40,203 nt of DNA from Octopus bimaculoides (lineage: Eukaryota), in the NCBI RefSeq assembly GCF_001194135.2, contig NC_068987.1, positions 104,876,467 through 104,916,669 of the forward strand, read 5' to 3'. The translations under genes were made by a program, and so were the position numbers. Below the pieces are notes generated by a model. The model ran no database searches. It saw only the letters and a program-made list of their open reading frames with translations, and was not told where the DNA came from. This document shows, piece by piece, positions 1-10,404 of this stretch (its first letter is position 1; the number at the start of each line of letters is the position of its first letter).

Positions 1-40
1 CTCTCTCTCTCTCTCACTCTCTCTCTCCATTCTTTCTCTC

Positions 41-93
<53 letters not shown>

Positions 94-160
94 TCTTTCT
101 CTCTCACTCTCTCTCTCCCTTCTTTCTCTGTTTTTTCTTCTCTCTCTCTCTCTCTCTCCT
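1..160. repeat. (CT)n microsatellite tract, imperfect
   Basis: Direct reading of near-continuous CT dinucleotides with interruptions. Confidence 0.95.
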
Positions 161-484
161 TTATTCTCCTCTTATAGATCACTTGTCTGTCACATTCAAG
201 ATATATGCAAACGAACGGTGTGTATAGTAATACATGCACGCATACACACTTACGTTTCATACTACCTGAAAACACACACACACACACACATTCACTAGTG
301 GAAAAGGGTAGGGAGAAAAAAGAAAGAGAAAAGCAAAATGTGTATGTTAAATAAATATTTATGCTCTCGGCTCTTATGTGCATAACATATATAACGGATA
401 TATAGACATAGAGAACACACGTAAATATTTAGACTCTAAACATATGCACATAGGCGTATACTCACACACACATATTTTCTTTCC

Positions 485-498
485 CTACTCTCTCTCTT

Positions 499-529
<31 letters not shown>

Positions 530-555
530 TGCATATATACGTGTGTGTGTGTGTG

Positions 556-590
<35 letters not shown>

Positions 591-897
591 NNNNNNNNNN
601 NNNNNNNNNNNNNNNNNNNNNNNNNNNNNNNNNNNNNNNNNNNNNNNNNNNNNNNNNNNNNNNNNNNNNNNNNNNNNNNNNNNNNNNNNNNNNNNNNNNN
701 NNNNNNNNNNNNNNNNNNNNNNNNNNNNNNNNNNNNNNNNNNNNNNNNNNNNNNNNNNNNNNNNNNNNNNNNNNNNNNNNNNNNNNNNNCCTCTCTCACC
801 TTTTCCATTTCAAACAAGTGCACACGCACACGAAAAGCACTTCTCTTACGAATGCAAACATATAGACACATCTCTCCTCCACCCCCACCCCACCCCA

Positions 898-931
<34 letters not shown>

Positions 932-1032
932 GACACAAACCCGTACATTCAGTCATTCTTTTCCTTTCTCTCTTACAAGCACACGCATTAATACATATTA
1001 AAAGACACTTTCTCTCCGCCTCTCTCTCTCCC

Positions 1033-1072
<40 letters not shown>

Positions 1073-1560
1073 TCTCTCACTTTGTGCGTTTCTGTTTTCT
1101 TTCTCACTCTCATTCTGTGCGTTTTCTCTGTCTCTCTCTCTATCCATCTATCTTATCTATCTGTCTATCTGCTATCAATTTATTCATCTCCTTTTTAGAC
1201 AGACAAATAGTGAGCGAGAGAAACAGAGAAAGAGAGAGAAACAGAGAGAAACAGAGAGAAACAGAGAGAAACAGAGAAAGAGAGAAAGAGAGAGAGAGAG
1301 TGTGTGTGTGTGTGTGTGTTCCGTTAGAAATTACTAGTTTCGATCTGTTTACACCACAAATTACTCTAGAAAAAGCAAACAAATGAACAAAGCAAATTAA
1401 AACTGACAAGCAAATACATAATCGCATCTAAAATCATACATACACACATACACATACACATATACACATACACATATACACATATACACATACACATACA
1501 CATACACACATACACATACACATATTCACCTACACATATACATGTACACATATACACACA
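485..1560. repeat. Compound microsatellite zone: (CT)n, (GT)n, (AGAGAGAAAC)n, (TACACA/TACATA)n, spanning gap 591-789
   Basis: Direct reading; the ORFs here are SL/CV/ER/HT low-complexity artefacts. Confidence 0.9.
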
Positions 1561-1911
1561 TATATAAGGATAAAAGCTTCGCCATCTTCGTGTCACCTAC
1601 AACGTATTTTTAACGATCAACAATATAGTTTCTGCAGAACCAGAGACAATGGAGAGCCCCCAACCACCCACCCTACACACCAATCTTCTCTTGCCCTTGA
1701 AATTTTGGGTGAAAGAAAAATTTGATGCCTTTCCCATTAATTCGTAAAATTTTCGACCTTGACTGGCATGAAAGAAGCCTCTGAAAAAAACTGCCCTCTT
1801 TTTCATTGTAATCTATCGCAGTGCACTGTCTCTACTGTATAGTTAAGTGTTTCTCAGGGCTCTGTTATCTTACCCACACTCTTCTATGGGCAGCGAGATT
1901 ACTTGTAATTT

Positions 1912-2126
1912 GGGCAGCGAGATTACAGAATCATTAGCACTCCGGAAAAAAATGCTTAGCGACATTTGATCCGTCTTTACGTGCTGAATTCAAATACCGC
2001 CGAAGACATCTTTGCCTTTCCCTTTCGAATATGATAAAATAAGTTCCATTTGAGCATTGGGGTCGATGGAATTGACTTATTCCTTCCATCGAAATTGCTG
2101 GCCTTGCGCCAAAATTTGAAACCAAT
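1912..2126 (+). mobile_element. tRNA-derived SINE, family A, diverged copy with 14-bp TSD
   Basis: Aligns by eye to the younger copies at 12830 and 36651 (head GGCGGCGAGCTGGCAGAA, core GTCGACTTTGCCTTTCATCCTTTCGGGGTCGATAAA). ATTACTTGTAATTT flanks it at 1898-1911 and 2127-2140. Confidence 0.85.
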
Positions 2127-2245
2127 ATTACTTGTAATTTTGGCGGTTGCAAGAAAAGGCTACATGTAGCAGATTACAGGACTACATGCTGCTTACTATT
2201 TTCATTGTTTTAAGCAATTTTCTTACATAAATTTTCTTTCTTGAT

Positions 2246-2374
2246 GGTCAGGCTTGGTTGTGTGTTTAAGCAGCTCTCTTTGTAACTATATGGTTTGAGC
2301 AAACCCCTGACCGACCTATGCTTTGTGAGAGAATTTGATAGGTGAAAACTGTGTGAAAGTCCGTCAGTTATATA

Positions 2375-2457
<83 letters not shown>

Positions 2458-2667
2458 GTGTGTTGTGTGTATATCTTTGTGTTTGTCCCCCCACCATCTT
2501 TTGACAACCGGTATTGCTTTGTTTGCGTCCCCATAACTTAGCAGTTGGGAAAATTACATCAATAGAATAAATACCAGACTTTCAAAAAAGTGCAGTGATC
2601 GATTTGTTCGGCTAAACCCTTCAAGGTGCTTCCCCAGCATAGCTGAAACAAGTAAAAAGTAAAAGAT
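2246..2667 (+). mobile_element. SINE family C (tRNA head + internal (GT)n + conserved 3' half), diverged
   Basis: Head and CCGACC..GCTTTGTGAG block precede the (GT)n. The 3' half (TTTGTCCCCCCACC..GACAACCG..GAAACAAGTAAAA) matches the copies at 13175, 18119, 25040 and 37500. Confidence 0.8.
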
Positions 2668-2681
2668 TTGAATGTCTTATA

Positions 2682-2815
2682 TTAGGGTGAGGAAAAAGTT
2701 CGTGCACCGTGTTCAAATAATACTTTTTTTATATATTTTTGTGGTGTGTGTGTTCATTCAGTTCATGTCATGCTCAATGGTGACTCACGGCGCACGAACT
2801 TTTTCCTCAACCTAG
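2682..2815. mobile_element. Mariner-type MITE, about 134 bp, TA TSD
   Basis: 2680-2711 TATTAGGGTGAGGAAAAAGTTCGTGCACCGTG is the reverse complement of 2786-2817 with 3 mismatches. TA on both sides; the TTAGG(G/T)TG start is typical of mariner TIRs. Confidence 0.85.
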
Positions 2816-3223
2816 TAAATTAGAACCAACCCACATGCAATCCTTATGTATGAAGATGTCACAAATTTACCATAACGTAATTACTAACTAACACCTAAGT
2901 CAATTAATACTATATCTAGAAAATCCCAGACGCATTGATACTCATAACAAACTAAAACTTTGATGTAAAACTGATTAGATATATGATCCGTATTTTCCAT
3001 TCATCATAAGATTAAATTAAAGTCAATAAAAACAAAAGAAACTAATCTAAAATCCAATCAGAACATGGGGATAACTCGACATAACTTAGAATACGATCAG
3101 AGATAACAGTGAAATGTTGGCAGACATAAAATCACACAAAAGAACAGCCTTCCTCGCTAAAGGGTAAACGTACAAACAACTAAAAATAGCCGTACTATAA
3201 CAGCAAATTTTATCTTAACATAT

Positions 3224-3261
<38 letters not shown>

Positions 3262-3750
3262 NNNNNNNNNNNNNNNNNNNNNNNNNNNNNNNNNNNNNNN
3301 NNNNNNNNNNNNNNNNNNNNNNNNNNNNNNNNNNNNNNNNNNNNNNNNNNNNNNNNNNNNNNNNNNNNNNNNNNNNNNNNNNNNNNNNNNNNNNNNNNNN
3401 NNNNNNNNNNNNNNNNNNNNNNNNNNNNNNNNNNNNNNNNNNNNNNNNNNNNNNNNNNNNNNNNNNNNNNNNNNNNNNNNNNNNNNNNNNNNNNNNNNNA
3501 TAGGAAGACTTATGACCACAACATGTTCATGTTTGAAAGTTTTCCTGCTTTTATTAATTAATTTAGAAACATTTCTTTATAAACACAACTTTGCTTTGAA
3601 TTACTTAAGAAATAGGACTTCACTGTTTGTTCTTTATCGTTCATTCGTGATCGATTTAAACACTTAATGGAATAAAAATGAATTGTTAATTTTTCAAATT
3701 CAACGTTTTGCTGTCCTTTATACATGTAGTGAGATTTTAGCTTTTCTTGA

Positions 3751-3812
<62 letters not shown>

Positions 3813-4501
3813 AAGTACACAATATTATTGATCCATTACAGCCGATCTTATCAATCAGTTTCGCACAGAATGTTGGGTAAGTAATCGGACAATTATCTAA
3901 TAACTGCGCTCGTCGGAGATTGCTCAGATGGAAAAGCTGGCAACTGTTCTCTATTATTGGAGATGAGGAAGTTTATGGGTGCTTTTGAAAAAAAAGAAAA
4001 AACGAAACGAAGTTGCGGGATACAGTTAAGAGAGAGATTCATCAAGAGTTACGCTCCTTGCCCCAGAAAAACCTTTAGTGAGTTGTGATTGCCAGCAAAA
4101 TCGGGGTGGGGGACTGATATATACATAGAGGTTGGAAGGGTTGATATGTATGTAGAGTGTTTGGAGGGGCCACTGAGCGGGTGCCCAAACATTTTACTTC
4201 ATGTGTGGCTGCATATGTGTAAGCGTGTTAAGGTGTGTGTGGTTTGATGTGGTCAAACTCCCAGGTTGTGATAGTAAAAGGAGCGATGGTGGAGCCCGCA
4301 GTTTAGGTAAGTGTCCGAGAGAAGAGAGTATTTTAACATAATTCTTTTCTTAGCTAGGCATAACCAATAATTTCTGCTTGCACATCTCCAGCACTTGTTT
4401 TTAAAGTTTAATATTTATTCTTTCGTTCTCTTTTGTCGAACCGCTAGGTTACGGGGACGTAAACAAACTAATGATAGGCTTCCAATTAGTTTTTGCCTGC
4501 T

Positions 4502-4636
4502 AAATTCACCTACAAGACATTGGTCGGCCCGGGGTCATAGTAGAAGACAGTTAAACAAGTTGCTACGCATTGAGACTGAACTTCAAACCACATGGTTGCA
4601 AGACAAGCTTCTTTACCACACAGCCATGCCTGTGTC
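4502..4636 (-). mobile_element. SINE family C, 5' half only
   Basis: Reverse complement gives the head GGCATGGCTGTGTGGTAAAGAAGC..ACCATGTGG and the CTACTATGACCCCGGGCCGACCAA block seen in the full copy at 18119-18604. Confidence 0.8.
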
Positions 4637-4688
4637 TAAGGCTATTGGTTACCTCGTTTTTATTAATCATACTCATACATGATTAACA

Positions 4689-4876
4689 AAGGCGGGGAGA
4701 TGGCAGAACCGCCTGCACACAGGAGAAAATAACGGCGTTTCGTCCGTCTTCACGTTTCGAGTTCAAAGTCCGCCGAGGTCGACTTTGCTTGTCGTCCTTT
4801 CGGAATCGATAAACTAAGTACCATTTGAACCTCCTCCCCTAAAATGTCAGACCTTGTGCTTAAAGAAGAAAGAATT
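4689..4876 (+). mobile_element. SINE family A with a small internal deletion
   Basis: AAGGCGGGGAGATGGCAGAA head, B-box-like GAGTTCAAAGTCC, GAGGTCGACTTTGC core, AGAAAGAAT tail. TCATACATGA at 4673-4682 and 4879-4888 is a likely TSD. Confidence 0.88.
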
Positions 4877-5480
4877 AATCATACATGAGTGCAATAAAAT
4901 TATGAATAACGCGTTTTCCAAAATCTATTTTTTTATACAGATTTTTTTTAAAGCCCTAACTTAAACTTCAGAAAGACACAAAAGAAAAACTCGGCATACC
5001 GTTAGAGAACCACTAAAAATACAATGGAAAGTTGTGAAAATTGATTAAAGAGCAGAGAAAAAAACTCGGAAGAAAATGAAAGAGAGAAAATGGTATTGCA
5101 ACAATTAATAGAGGCATCATACTTCACATTCTATTAAATGACTGCAAAAGAGAAAAAAAAGTCATGTTAAAACTCTTTGTGATTGTATAGATCTGACATG
5201 AACGATTCATAACTGCCATCGGACTTGGGTCGGGTGTTCACCTGACATCTTTGTTTACACAGCAACATTACACAAATTTGTGGTAAACGAATGAAATTTC
5301 ATGAAGCTCAAGTATGAGAGTGTACATAAATAAAACATCGAGAATACGTGAATGTAAAGCAACAAAAAATAAGAAAAGGTAGAAAAAAAAAAGACAAGAC
5401 GTTTATAGTTAATTTATATTCGTTACGTTACAGAGCAATAGTTACAGGAAGGTGATAACATGGTACATGTCACCGGATAA

Positions 5481-5700
5481 ATATTGATCTCTAACATAAG
5501 CACAAGGTCACAAATTCTGAAAGAGGGTATCACTGGTTATATCGACTCCTGTATTTGTCAGGTGTTTATTTCATCAGCCCCAAGAAGGGTAAACGGCAAC
5601 GTCAACAACAGCGGGATTCGAACGCAGAACGTAAAGAGCGGTAACTAAATGCAACAAGACATTATTTAATGCTTTAACCATCCCGCCAATCTACCGCCCT
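5481..5700 (-). mobile_element. SINE family A, old diverged copy
   Basis: GCACAAGG tail motif, GGATTCGAACGCAGAACGTAAAG (reverse B-box) and terminal CCGCC head. Confidence 0.7.
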
Positions 5701-5717
5701 AATAGCCTCAAGTAATT

Positions 5718-5874
5718 AATATTTAATGGCATAGATACAAAAGCTCAAATTTGAAGAAGGGATTGTATTGATAATATCAAAACCAGTATTTTATTTTACC
5801 AACATCGGAAAAATGAAAAGGAAAGTTCTCCGCCTAGGATTTGAACTTACATCGTAAAGAGACCTAACTAAAAT
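5718..5874 (-). mobile_element. SINE family A, old and 5'-truncated
   Basis: GGATTTGAACTTACATCGTAAAGAG matches the family A GGAATTTGAACTCAGAACGTAAAG block. Confidence 0.6.
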
Positions 5875-6080
5875 GTTCTTTCTATTATAGGCGCAAAGCC
5901 TGACATTTTGGGGGAAGAAGGACAGTCGATCCCATCAACCCCTGTACTCAACTGGTACTTATCTCATCGACCACCAAAGCATGAAAGGCAAAAATCAGCA
6001 TCGGAGTAATTTGAACTCAGGACGTAATGCCACTAAGTATTTCAACGGACATGCTAACATTTCTATCAATTCCCCGCCTT
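5875..6080 (-). mobile_element. SINE family A
   Basis: TTCTTTCTATTATAGGCGCAAAGCC tail, AACTGGTACTTAT..ATCGACC core, ATTTGAACTCAG, ending CCGCCTT. Confidence 0.85.
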
Positions 6081-6092
6081 AATTCGAAACCA

Positions 6093-6287
6093 ATATTCTT
6101 TTATACTCTAGGCACAAGTCCCGAAATTTGGCGGGAGGGGGCCAGTCGATTAGATCGATCCAGAACACAACTGGCACTTAATTTATTGATCCCGAAAGGC
6201 AAAGTCGACCGACAGCGGAATTTGAACTCAGAACGTAAAGACAGACGAAATACTGCCAAGCATTTCACGCGGCATACTAATGTTTCT
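6093..6287 (-). mobile_element. SINE family A, head interrupted by the next copy
   Basis: ATTCTTTTATACTCTAGGCACAAG through GGAATTTGAACTCAGAACGTAAAGACAGACGAAATAC, stopping at CTAATGTTTCT. Confidence 0.9.
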
Positions 6288-6510
6288 TATTTCTTTATTG
6301 CCCACAAGGGGCTAAACATAGAGGAGACAAACAAAGGGGTTAAGTCGAGTAGATCGACCCCAGTGCCTAACTGGTACTTTATTTATCGACCCCGAAAGGA
6401 TGACAGGCAAAGTCGACCTCGATATAATCTGTACTCAGAACGATAAGCCGGATGAAATACCGCTAAGTATTTTGTCCGGCGTGCTAACGTTTCTGCCAGC
6501 TCGCTGCCTT
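6288..6510 (-). mobile_element. SINE family A, variant with a different 3' tail (CCCACAAGGGGCTAAACATAGAGG)
   Basis: Family A head and core with an alternative tail at 6288-6350. AATTCGAA at 6081-6088 and 6511-6518 brackets the 6089-6510 insert. Confidence 0.9.
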
Positions 6511-6641
6511 AATTCGAAGGCATTACTGAGACAGAAAAGGCAGGAGCTGGCAACATCTCTAGCACGCCGGACAAAATACTTAGCGGTATTTCATCCGGCT
6601 TATCGTTCTGAGTACAGATTATATCGAGGTCGACTTTGCCT
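6405..6641. repeat. Perfect 82-bp inverted repeat (6405-6486 / 6560-6641), 73-bp spacer
   Basis: Base-by-base reverse-complement check found no mismatches over 82 bp. Confidence 0.93.
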
Positions 6642-6752
6642 TTAATTCCTCCGAAGTCGATAAAATAAGTACCATTTGAACACTGGAGTCAATGAAATTG
6701 TCTGGGCCCTCTCCCAACAAATTTCAGGACTTGCGTCTATAATAGAAAGAAT
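6537..6752 (+). mobile_element. SINE family A, head-to-head with the 6288-6510 copy
   Basis: AAGGCAGGAGCTGGCA head through AATTTCAGGACTTGCGTCTATAATAGAAAGAAT tail. Confidence 0.9.
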
Positions 6753-7036
6753 TGTTATTAAGACATAACCAAGAAACGTATGGCTTGATGTAGAGCAGCA
6801 GATAATTTTAATAAATTAAAAGTATACCCATTATAATGAGAGAGAAAAAATCACAATGTCAATGACTGATTATTTATTTATTTAGCTCGATGTAAGGAAA
6901 GACGTTTGCAGGCCCCACGAGAGCGGTGAGATTGATTCTGTTAACGCTCATTTGGAGCAGTTTCTAACAACTGCTGGGGGAATGGGTATGAGACATTTTG
7001 ATACCGCCATTTTGATATCACATCAGACGGTCTAAT

Positions 7037-7037
<1 letters not shown>

Positions 7038-7131
<94 letters not shown>

Positions 7132-7340
7132 GCTATCTCTCTCTCTCACTCTTTCTGTCTCTCCTGCCTCTCTCACACACACGCACTCTGCTTATATATG
7201 CGAGCTTCTACTAATGTTTGTATGGATGCGTAATCTCTCTCTTTCTCTCTCTCCCCCTCTCTCTTCTCTTCTCTCCTCTCTCTCCCCCTCTCTCTTCTCT
7301 TCTCTCCTCTCTCTCTTTCTCTCTCTTTCTCTCTCTCTCC
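7038..7340. repeat. (CT)n + (TATC)n + CT-rich tract
   Basis: Direct reading. Confidence 0.92.
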
Positions 7341-8114
7341 CGCCCATTCTGTAAAGCCGCATGTGATTATTTCTGCATGCGCGCATGTGTGAGTGTGTTT
7401 GCCTCCTTTGCCAAAATGCACCGTCACCCAAAGAAGATGAACGTCCAAGTCAGCCGTGTCAAATCGTCAACGTTCAAACAGCCGCACCCAGTCGTTTCAT
7501 TATGGAGAAAAATATGTGCAAGTAAGGAATTCCAGAGGGTCGGTAATGGGGTCCTGGTTCGAAAGTTCCAGAGTTTTGAGGTGTATGGCATCACCTCTTA
7601 GCCACTATTGTTCCTAGATCTACGCTGACCCAGAGCAGTAGCACCTGTTAGGGTCGCAGCTATGAATTAATTAACATATTAGGGCTTACTCACCTATGAT
7701 TATGAAAAATGGAACCAGCCGACTCTCGAGGAGGAAGGCGGCTGCAGCAATACATTCTGAAATGCAGAGAGTAAGATGAGACATGTTAGATATCTTGGTC
7801 AGATAATCCACTGCATTTGTCTCCATCCTCAGTTGCCTTTACCTGGTCATGCTTCTGGATGGAAGACAGGTCCTCGTTGCTCCAACGGACGAACATGCCT
7901 AAGGTCCTAGGGTGACATTCAATCAAGGAAACGAGATGAGAAGAGATGAGTGAGTCCGAACTGCCTTATTGGAGGTGACATGAAAACAGCCAGTTCCGAG
8001 ATATGGAGGCACTGTTGTAGCGGTATAGAAGTCAGACGCTGTAGTGTGGTTGTAAGCGACTTCATGGTAGTCAGTCTTAAAGGTACCATATGTTTCACAT
8101 CTGCCATATAACTA

Positions 8115-8630
8115 CGAAGTGTTATCAAAAGGTTCCCGGACTAGCTATGTTTAATAAAAATAATAACTTATTTACTTAAGTTTTACCATCATCTCCTTCC
8201 AAATAGTCACCTTGCGCAGCAATACACCGGTCCAAGCGTTCCTGCCACTTTTGGAATCCGGGCTGGAAGTCATTTTCTGTAAGCAAGACGAGGACCTTCT
8301 GCGATTCGCTCTAGATCTCGACAACGGTGATAAAACGGTGACCTTTGAGTTGCATTTTCATCTTGGGGAAGAGATGAAAGTCCGCAGGTGCTAAATCTGG
8401 CAAATAGGGAGAGTGCAGAAGGAACACCATGTTTTTGACGAGAAACACACGAAAGAGGAGAGCTCATTGACAGGGTGCGTTGTCGTCGTGAAAAATCCGA
8501 TTCTTCACACTCCACAGATCCGGTCATTTTACCGTATGTCCTCCCTCAAACACTTCAAAACGTCGCAGTAGAACTCTCAATTAACGGTCTGGCCCTGGGG
8601 AACGAATTCCCTATGCATAATACCACATTT
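8115..8630 (-). mobile_element. Mariner (DD34D) transposon 3' fragment: degraded transposase C-terminus plus one TIR
   Basis: Minus-strand translation: GIMHREFVPQGQTVN..FYCDVLK..DLWSVKNRIFHDDNAPC..HSPYLPDLAPADFHLFPKMKMQLKG..WQERLDRCIAAQGDYLEG. This contains the mariner HDNA and YSPDLAP-D motifs, with in-frame stops. TA+CGAAGTGTTATCAAAAGGTTCCCGGACT at 8113-8142 is the TIR. Confidence 0.93.
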
Positions 8631-8887
8631 CTGGGAGCGACGCTCGTGGCAGGGTTTACAGAACGCTCATCGTCTTCCAATGAATAGATTTAATCTTCAT
8701 TGTATTCTAAATTTTATTAATTTTACCTCCGGAGTTCTTTCCCCTGCTGTTCTTTGCCAGACTCAATCATTCACATAATATTTTTCCCACTTCTATAGGT
8801 GTGATTTGAATTGATTAAATTTTTTCTTAGAACATCCCACGTGTTTGCATCTACTTCACCATAGATTATTTATGCACCAACTATTTT

Positions 8888-8960
8888 TATGCTGCTGCTA
8901 CTGCTACTGCTGCTGTTATTGCATCTGTTGAAGTTGCTAGTGGTGTTGGTGATGATGGTA
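8888..8960. repeat. (CTG/CTA/GTG)n trinucleotide low-complexity tract
   Basis: Direct reading. Confidence 0.8.
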
Positions 8961-9468
8961 TCGTTGCCTAGCACCAGAATATCCCCTATTGATCAAACTT
9001 ATGATCAGGAGCATCCTATCCGTGCCCATCCCGTTTTTCCCCAAGATTTACTTTATCTTAAACAGCAATATCCAACAAGTCCTTCCATTTTTTAAGGTGG
9101 TAGGATGTAATTTAAGAGATACTTTATCGTTCTTTTTATCGGGCATGGCTCTGTAGTTTAAAAGTCTGATTTGAAACTATATATCTTCGAATTTAATTCC
9201 ACTGCTACCTTGAACAAGTACTTTCTACTTATTTCGGGAACGGAAATTGTGTGGAAATTCGTCGGAGGGGTCACTTTTGCTCTTGTTTGGTTGACTGAAG
9301 CCATCGCTCACTTCAACACCTTTACTACCTGTCCTCACAGGTGCCTTAAACGGTGTCCATTCCGTTGTAAGCAGTCGAAACAGGTGTGTGGTCTAAGAAT
9401 AACTTTATACATTGCAACCACCATTGCGACCTAAAAAATTGACTCATTATCTCGTTACTAGTATTTTT

Positions 9469-9582
9469 GGAGAGCTGAGAAAATCGTTAGAGTGCCGGAA
9501 AAATGCCTTGCGGTATTCCCTCCGGCTCTTTATATTCTGAGTTTAAATCCCGCCGAGATCAACTTAATCTTTTATTGTTCTA
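9469..9582 (+). mobile_element. SINE family A, 5' fragment
   Basis: GGAGAGCTGAGAAAATCGTTAGAGTGCCGGAAAAATGCC..TTCTGAGTTTAAATCCCGCCGAGATCAAC. Confidence 0.75.
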
Positions 9583-9585
9583 GGA

Positions 9586-10197
9586 GGAATGACGTTACAT
9601 GCAGTTGATCTTTCCATGAAACTTCAGATATTTGACGTATCCGACCACATGTTTCATACCTCCAGCACTTTGTTTTCATTGAATTTCTTTTGACAGTCCC
9701 TCCGAAGCCAGCGCTTTAGGCTTTCGTGCTCAAGGCAGCCGTTTTCAAAAGGTTTACAACCTTCCCTGATACGCTTCTTCCATCAGCTTCTTTCCACAGC
9801 CAGTTCTTGCTAGTTTTTTTTTACATTGATTTGAAGTACCTTCAGGTTACATTTTATGCAGTCTTTGTACCTTTGTTTGTGATTTGTGCTGAAGACGCTT
9901 TCCAACGCACAGCTCACTGTAGAACAGCCTCTTTGAAACCCTGTTATCTTCCATACACATAACATGGCCTACCCTATGCATCTAAGAAGATAATTTGAAT
10001 AACTGGATACTTATGCATCTGAACTTCGCAAGGACTTCTACGTCAATTGTTTTACTCTGTCACTTGATATTGAGAGTGTCTCAAACATTTTTGATGGAAG
10101 TGCTCAAGCAGCTTGAGACGCCTACGGTTTACTGTCCATGTTTCAGAAAAGTACAATAGAGCTGTTAGTACGCACGCCTTGAAAACGCTCAACTTGT
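9586..10197 (-). mobile_element. RTE-clade LINE, 3' part of ORF (post-RT region), frameshifted
   Basis: YKLSVFKACVLTALLYFSETWTVNRRRLKLLEHFHQKCLR, then GHVMCMEDNRVSKRLFYSEL..KR and ELAVERS*W. These match RTE/Bov-B-type LLYxxETW..RHxKxLxxFHxxCLR and GHVxRM..PKxLFYGEL motifs. Confidence 0.9.
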
Positions 10198-10360
10198 ATG
10201 AACAAATGTATACACAGAGGTATTCATACATCTCTACACATATGCATATATTACACGCACTCACGCGCGCATGCATGTATGTATGTATGTATGTATGCAT
10301 GTATGTTTGTATGTATGTGTAAAGTTCGCAAATTTGAAGAAGTTCATGTCATTAGAAAGA

Positions 10361-10404
10361 AGAAAATACTGAAGAAGGGCTTTACTCGAAACGTCTGTCT
10401 TTTC
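10361..10404 (+). ncRNA. Minimal type I hammerhead-ribozyme-like motif (Penelope-type)
   Basis: CTGAAGA (10369-75) + A + GGG/CTC stem with CTTTA loop + GAAACGTC (10388-95), giving a palindromic ACGT helix III and a GUC site. Helix I (AGAAAATA / TGTCTTTC) is only partly paired. Confidence 0.55.

Noticed and set aside
7365-8110. GC-richer segments that look like interspersed repeats (also 3830-4400 and 10950-11220)
   Set aside because: No second copy in the window, no TIR/TSD and no recognisable protein motif, so they cannot be classified from sequence alone.
9230-9400. Possible minus-strand host exon (open frame after TTCTTAG)
   Set aside because: No recognisable protein similarity, weak splice signals and no partner exons. 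RNA-seq would be needed.
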